A program made the translations under genes and the position numbers. 64,000 bases of DNA from Escherichia phage 308Ecol101PP, in sequence record OR062945.1, one strand, 5' to 3'. Within the stretch, counting starts at the first letter, position 1. The number at the start of each line of letters is the position of its first letter. This document shows positions 61,963 to 64,000 of the stretch, piece by piece. A model generated the notes under the pieces. It saw only the letters and a list, made by a program, of their open reading frames with translations. It searched no databases and was not told the origin of the DNA.

Positions 61963-62898
61963 ATGGCTTCTATTACACGTAGAGAACTTATCAAAGAATT
62001 TACCTCGAACGCATATACCCCAGGTCCTAATCCTATCCGTATGCCTGTAAAGACTCCTGAAGAGATTGAGGAAATCTGTTCATATTATGGGATTACTTCT
62101 CGTAAGTTTACTCAATTTGAATGCGTTACTAACACACCAGTTAAAGAGTTCATTAAAAATGGCGAGTTCAGTCGTTTATTAGCCAAACAGAAACTTCGTA
62201 ATTTTTGTATTGGCGGTGAAGGACAATATTTTGCTAAACAGTTCAGAAATAACCTTAACAATCTGATGGCCATTGCTTCTCGTATTCGTCCTCAAGCAAT
62301 TAACATGAAACATTTGAAATATACTTACGATAAGTTAGAAATCATGGTTATCAGTGAGAACGAGTTCACTCTTACGTATAAACCTAAGAATGATAACGTT
62401 GCTCGTGTATTCCACCAAGCGTTGGAAGTGTTAGGTGATAATATTTACCAGATTAAAGCAATTTATTCTCGTGAGCTTAATATTATCAACCCTATCAAGA
62501 ATAAGGGCCATATCGCTATCCAGGCTCGTGTATCTATTGGTAAAAAGGTTCCTGCGCCATGGTGGCACAAAGACTCTGAATACTATCAAAATCTTAAAAA
62601 GGAAAATGCAACGTTCGAAGCGTCAATTACTGCAACCCCAATTGGCAACGCTGAAGTTCTAGGTGCATATTCTACTGCTCCATCTATATACACTTCACCG
62701 TCGACTAAACTGGAAATCTCTAACGGTCTTCTTCCTGCCGAAGATTACTATTATAATCAAATCAAAGCCACTGTGGACCAACTGTCTGTTGAACTTGACA
62801 AAGCACAAGCTAAGCTTCGTGATGCTCAACAAGTAGTTACCAAGCTCCAGTTGCAGTACTCTAAACTTTTTAACGCAATGAATGCATTAAAATCATAA
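61963..62898 (+). CDS. hypothetical protein with C-terminal coiled coil
   Basis: 311 aa. Confidence 0.55.
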   Translation: MASITRRELIKEFTSNAYTPGPNPIRMPVKTPEEIEEICSYYGITSRKFTQFECVTNTPVKEFIKNGEFSRLLAKQKLRNFCIGGEGQYFAKQFRNNLNNLMAIASRIRPQAINMKHLKYTYDKLEIMVISENEFTLTYKPKNDNVARVFHQALEVLGDNIYQIKAIYSRELNIINPIKNKGHIAIQARVSIGKKVPAPWWHKDSEYYQNLKKENATFEASITATPIGNAEVLGAYSTAPSIYTSPSTKLEISNGLLPAEDYYYNQIKATVDQLSVELDKAQAKLRDAQQVVTKLQLQYSKLFNAMNALKS

Positions 62899-62901
62899 AT
62901 C

Positions 62902-62931
62902 AGTTTACAACCAAGGATGGTTGGAGTATAA
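62902..62931 (+). promoter_or_regulatory. early promoter with stem-loop
   Basis: GTTTACAACCAAGGATGGTTGGAGTATAAT; near-copy of the 61908 element. Confidence 0.5.
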
Positions 62932-62960
62932 TCTTTCTATCTTAACGAGAGGAAAATATT

Positions 62961-63905
62961 ATGACACGTTCACATTACATTGATTATTTTGCAGGTCTTA
63001 TCGCTAACGTTCATGCCCAACGTGCTTCTGGTTCATTAGGATTTGATGTTCCACACCGAGTTGTAGTAAGTGGTATTCTTCGCGATTTTGGTACATACAC
63101 AGGCCAAGAAAATCATATCTGTAAAGATACTCAGAATGCATATTCTCATTCATTAGGGACACTGCTTCAATGGTTCAAACGTTCTCGTTTATTATCTTCT
63201 ACTGTAGCTCGCGATAACATTAAAAACTTTATGAAGCCGAGCTTTATTAAATCTGTGACATCTAAAACCGATTTGGTTGAATTCACTATTGTTAATGATG
63301 TTAAAAAGACTCATTTGGCTGATTGGTTATCTACCATTCCTGAAACTAAATTTGCTGATAAATTTGCTTGTGAATTCAATAACCAAGTGAATATGCTTTT
63401 TAAACATTCACGTAAATTATTCACAGGTGGCGATGATCGTACAAATACAGTTCATGCTAAAGATTGGGTTACTGCAGTGTTCAAACCAACAGGTAATGGT
63501 ACCGCATCATTATCAATTGATATCCAGGTTCCTTATTACTACTCACGTAATCTCGGTACCATGAAAGCCGAAGAAATTAATAAGCACAACAAAACCATTC
63601 GTTCGCTGTCTTATAAACTTCGCATGATGTTAAGAATCATGGACGTGGTAGAAATGTATGATGAAACCGAAGATAATGGTTCAATGTTATACAGTTCTCG
63701 CATTCAAATTAAGTTGAAGAACCCTAACGAGTATAAGCCTATTAAAGAGCCTAAAGCAGAAAAAGTTGATAACTTAAGAGAAGAACGCGAATATCTCAAA
63801 TCTCGCCTGAAAGAAGTCGAAGCCCAGATTGCAGAACAAACTAAATCATTAAAAGCTCTGAATGCAAAAGCTGATGGTTTACGAAATGCCATTGAGGTTT
63901 TATAA
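62961..63905 (+). CDS. hypothetical protein with C-terminal coiled coil
   Basis: 314 aa. Confidence 0.55.
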   Translation: MTRSHYIDYFAGLIANVHAQRASGSLGFDVPHRVVVSGILRDFGTYTGQENHICKDTQNAYSHSLGTLLQWFKRSRLLSSTVARDNIKNFMKPSFIKSVTSKTDLVEFTIVNDVKKTHLADWLSTIPETKFADKFACEFNNQVNMLFKHSRKLFTGGDDRTNTVHAKDWVTAVFKPTGNGTASLSIDIQVPYYYSRNLGTMKAEEINKHNKTIRSLSYKLRMMLRIMDVVEMYDETEDNGSMLYSSRIQIKLKNPNEYKPIKEPKAEKVDNLREEREYLKSRLKEVEAQIAEQTKSLKALNAKADGLRNAIEVL

Positions 63906-64000
63906 TGAAACTACGTCTTTTAGAGGATATTGATATGAGCACTAATCACGGCTTGGTTAAGTTTATTGACGATAGTTCAAAGATTGAATTTGTTCAGCGA

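Overview
This window is a T4-like (Tevenvirinae) myovirus genome segment, reverse-complemented relative to the usual T4 map. Positions 1-33000 hold the late structural block, mostly on the minus strand: hoc (partial, plus strand), rnlB (plus strand), then genes 24, 23, 22, 21, 68, 67, 20, 19, 18, 17, 16, 15, 14, 13, wac, 12, 11, 10, 9, 8, 7, 6, 5.4, 5.1, 5 and 53, with TATAAATA late promoters and GC hairpin terminators between them. One extra ORF, a homing-endonuclease-like gene, sits between genes 13 and 14, and an 89-aa plus-strand early ORF sits antisense between genes 23 and 24. Positions 33000-64000 are plus-strand: genes 4, 2, 3, 1, 57A and 57B (acb1), then a hyperplastic early region of about 70 small ORFs with two tRNAs, nudE, lysozyme e, denV, a GrcA-like gene, regB and tk. 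This accessory region is punctuated by at least 18 copies of an early promoter / stem-loop / RBS cassette (PeSL-type). The most interesting content is six internal-protein-like genes carrying the T4 capsid-targeting N-terminus (candidate injected anti-defence effectors), next to acb1 and to genes with macro-domain-like, nucleotidyltransferase-like and lytic-transglycosylase-like signatures. Two conserved gene-junction motifs mark paralogous small-protein families. No rRNA or CRISPR array is present. Functional calls for the accessory ORFs rest on motifs read by eye and recalled homology, not on database searches.
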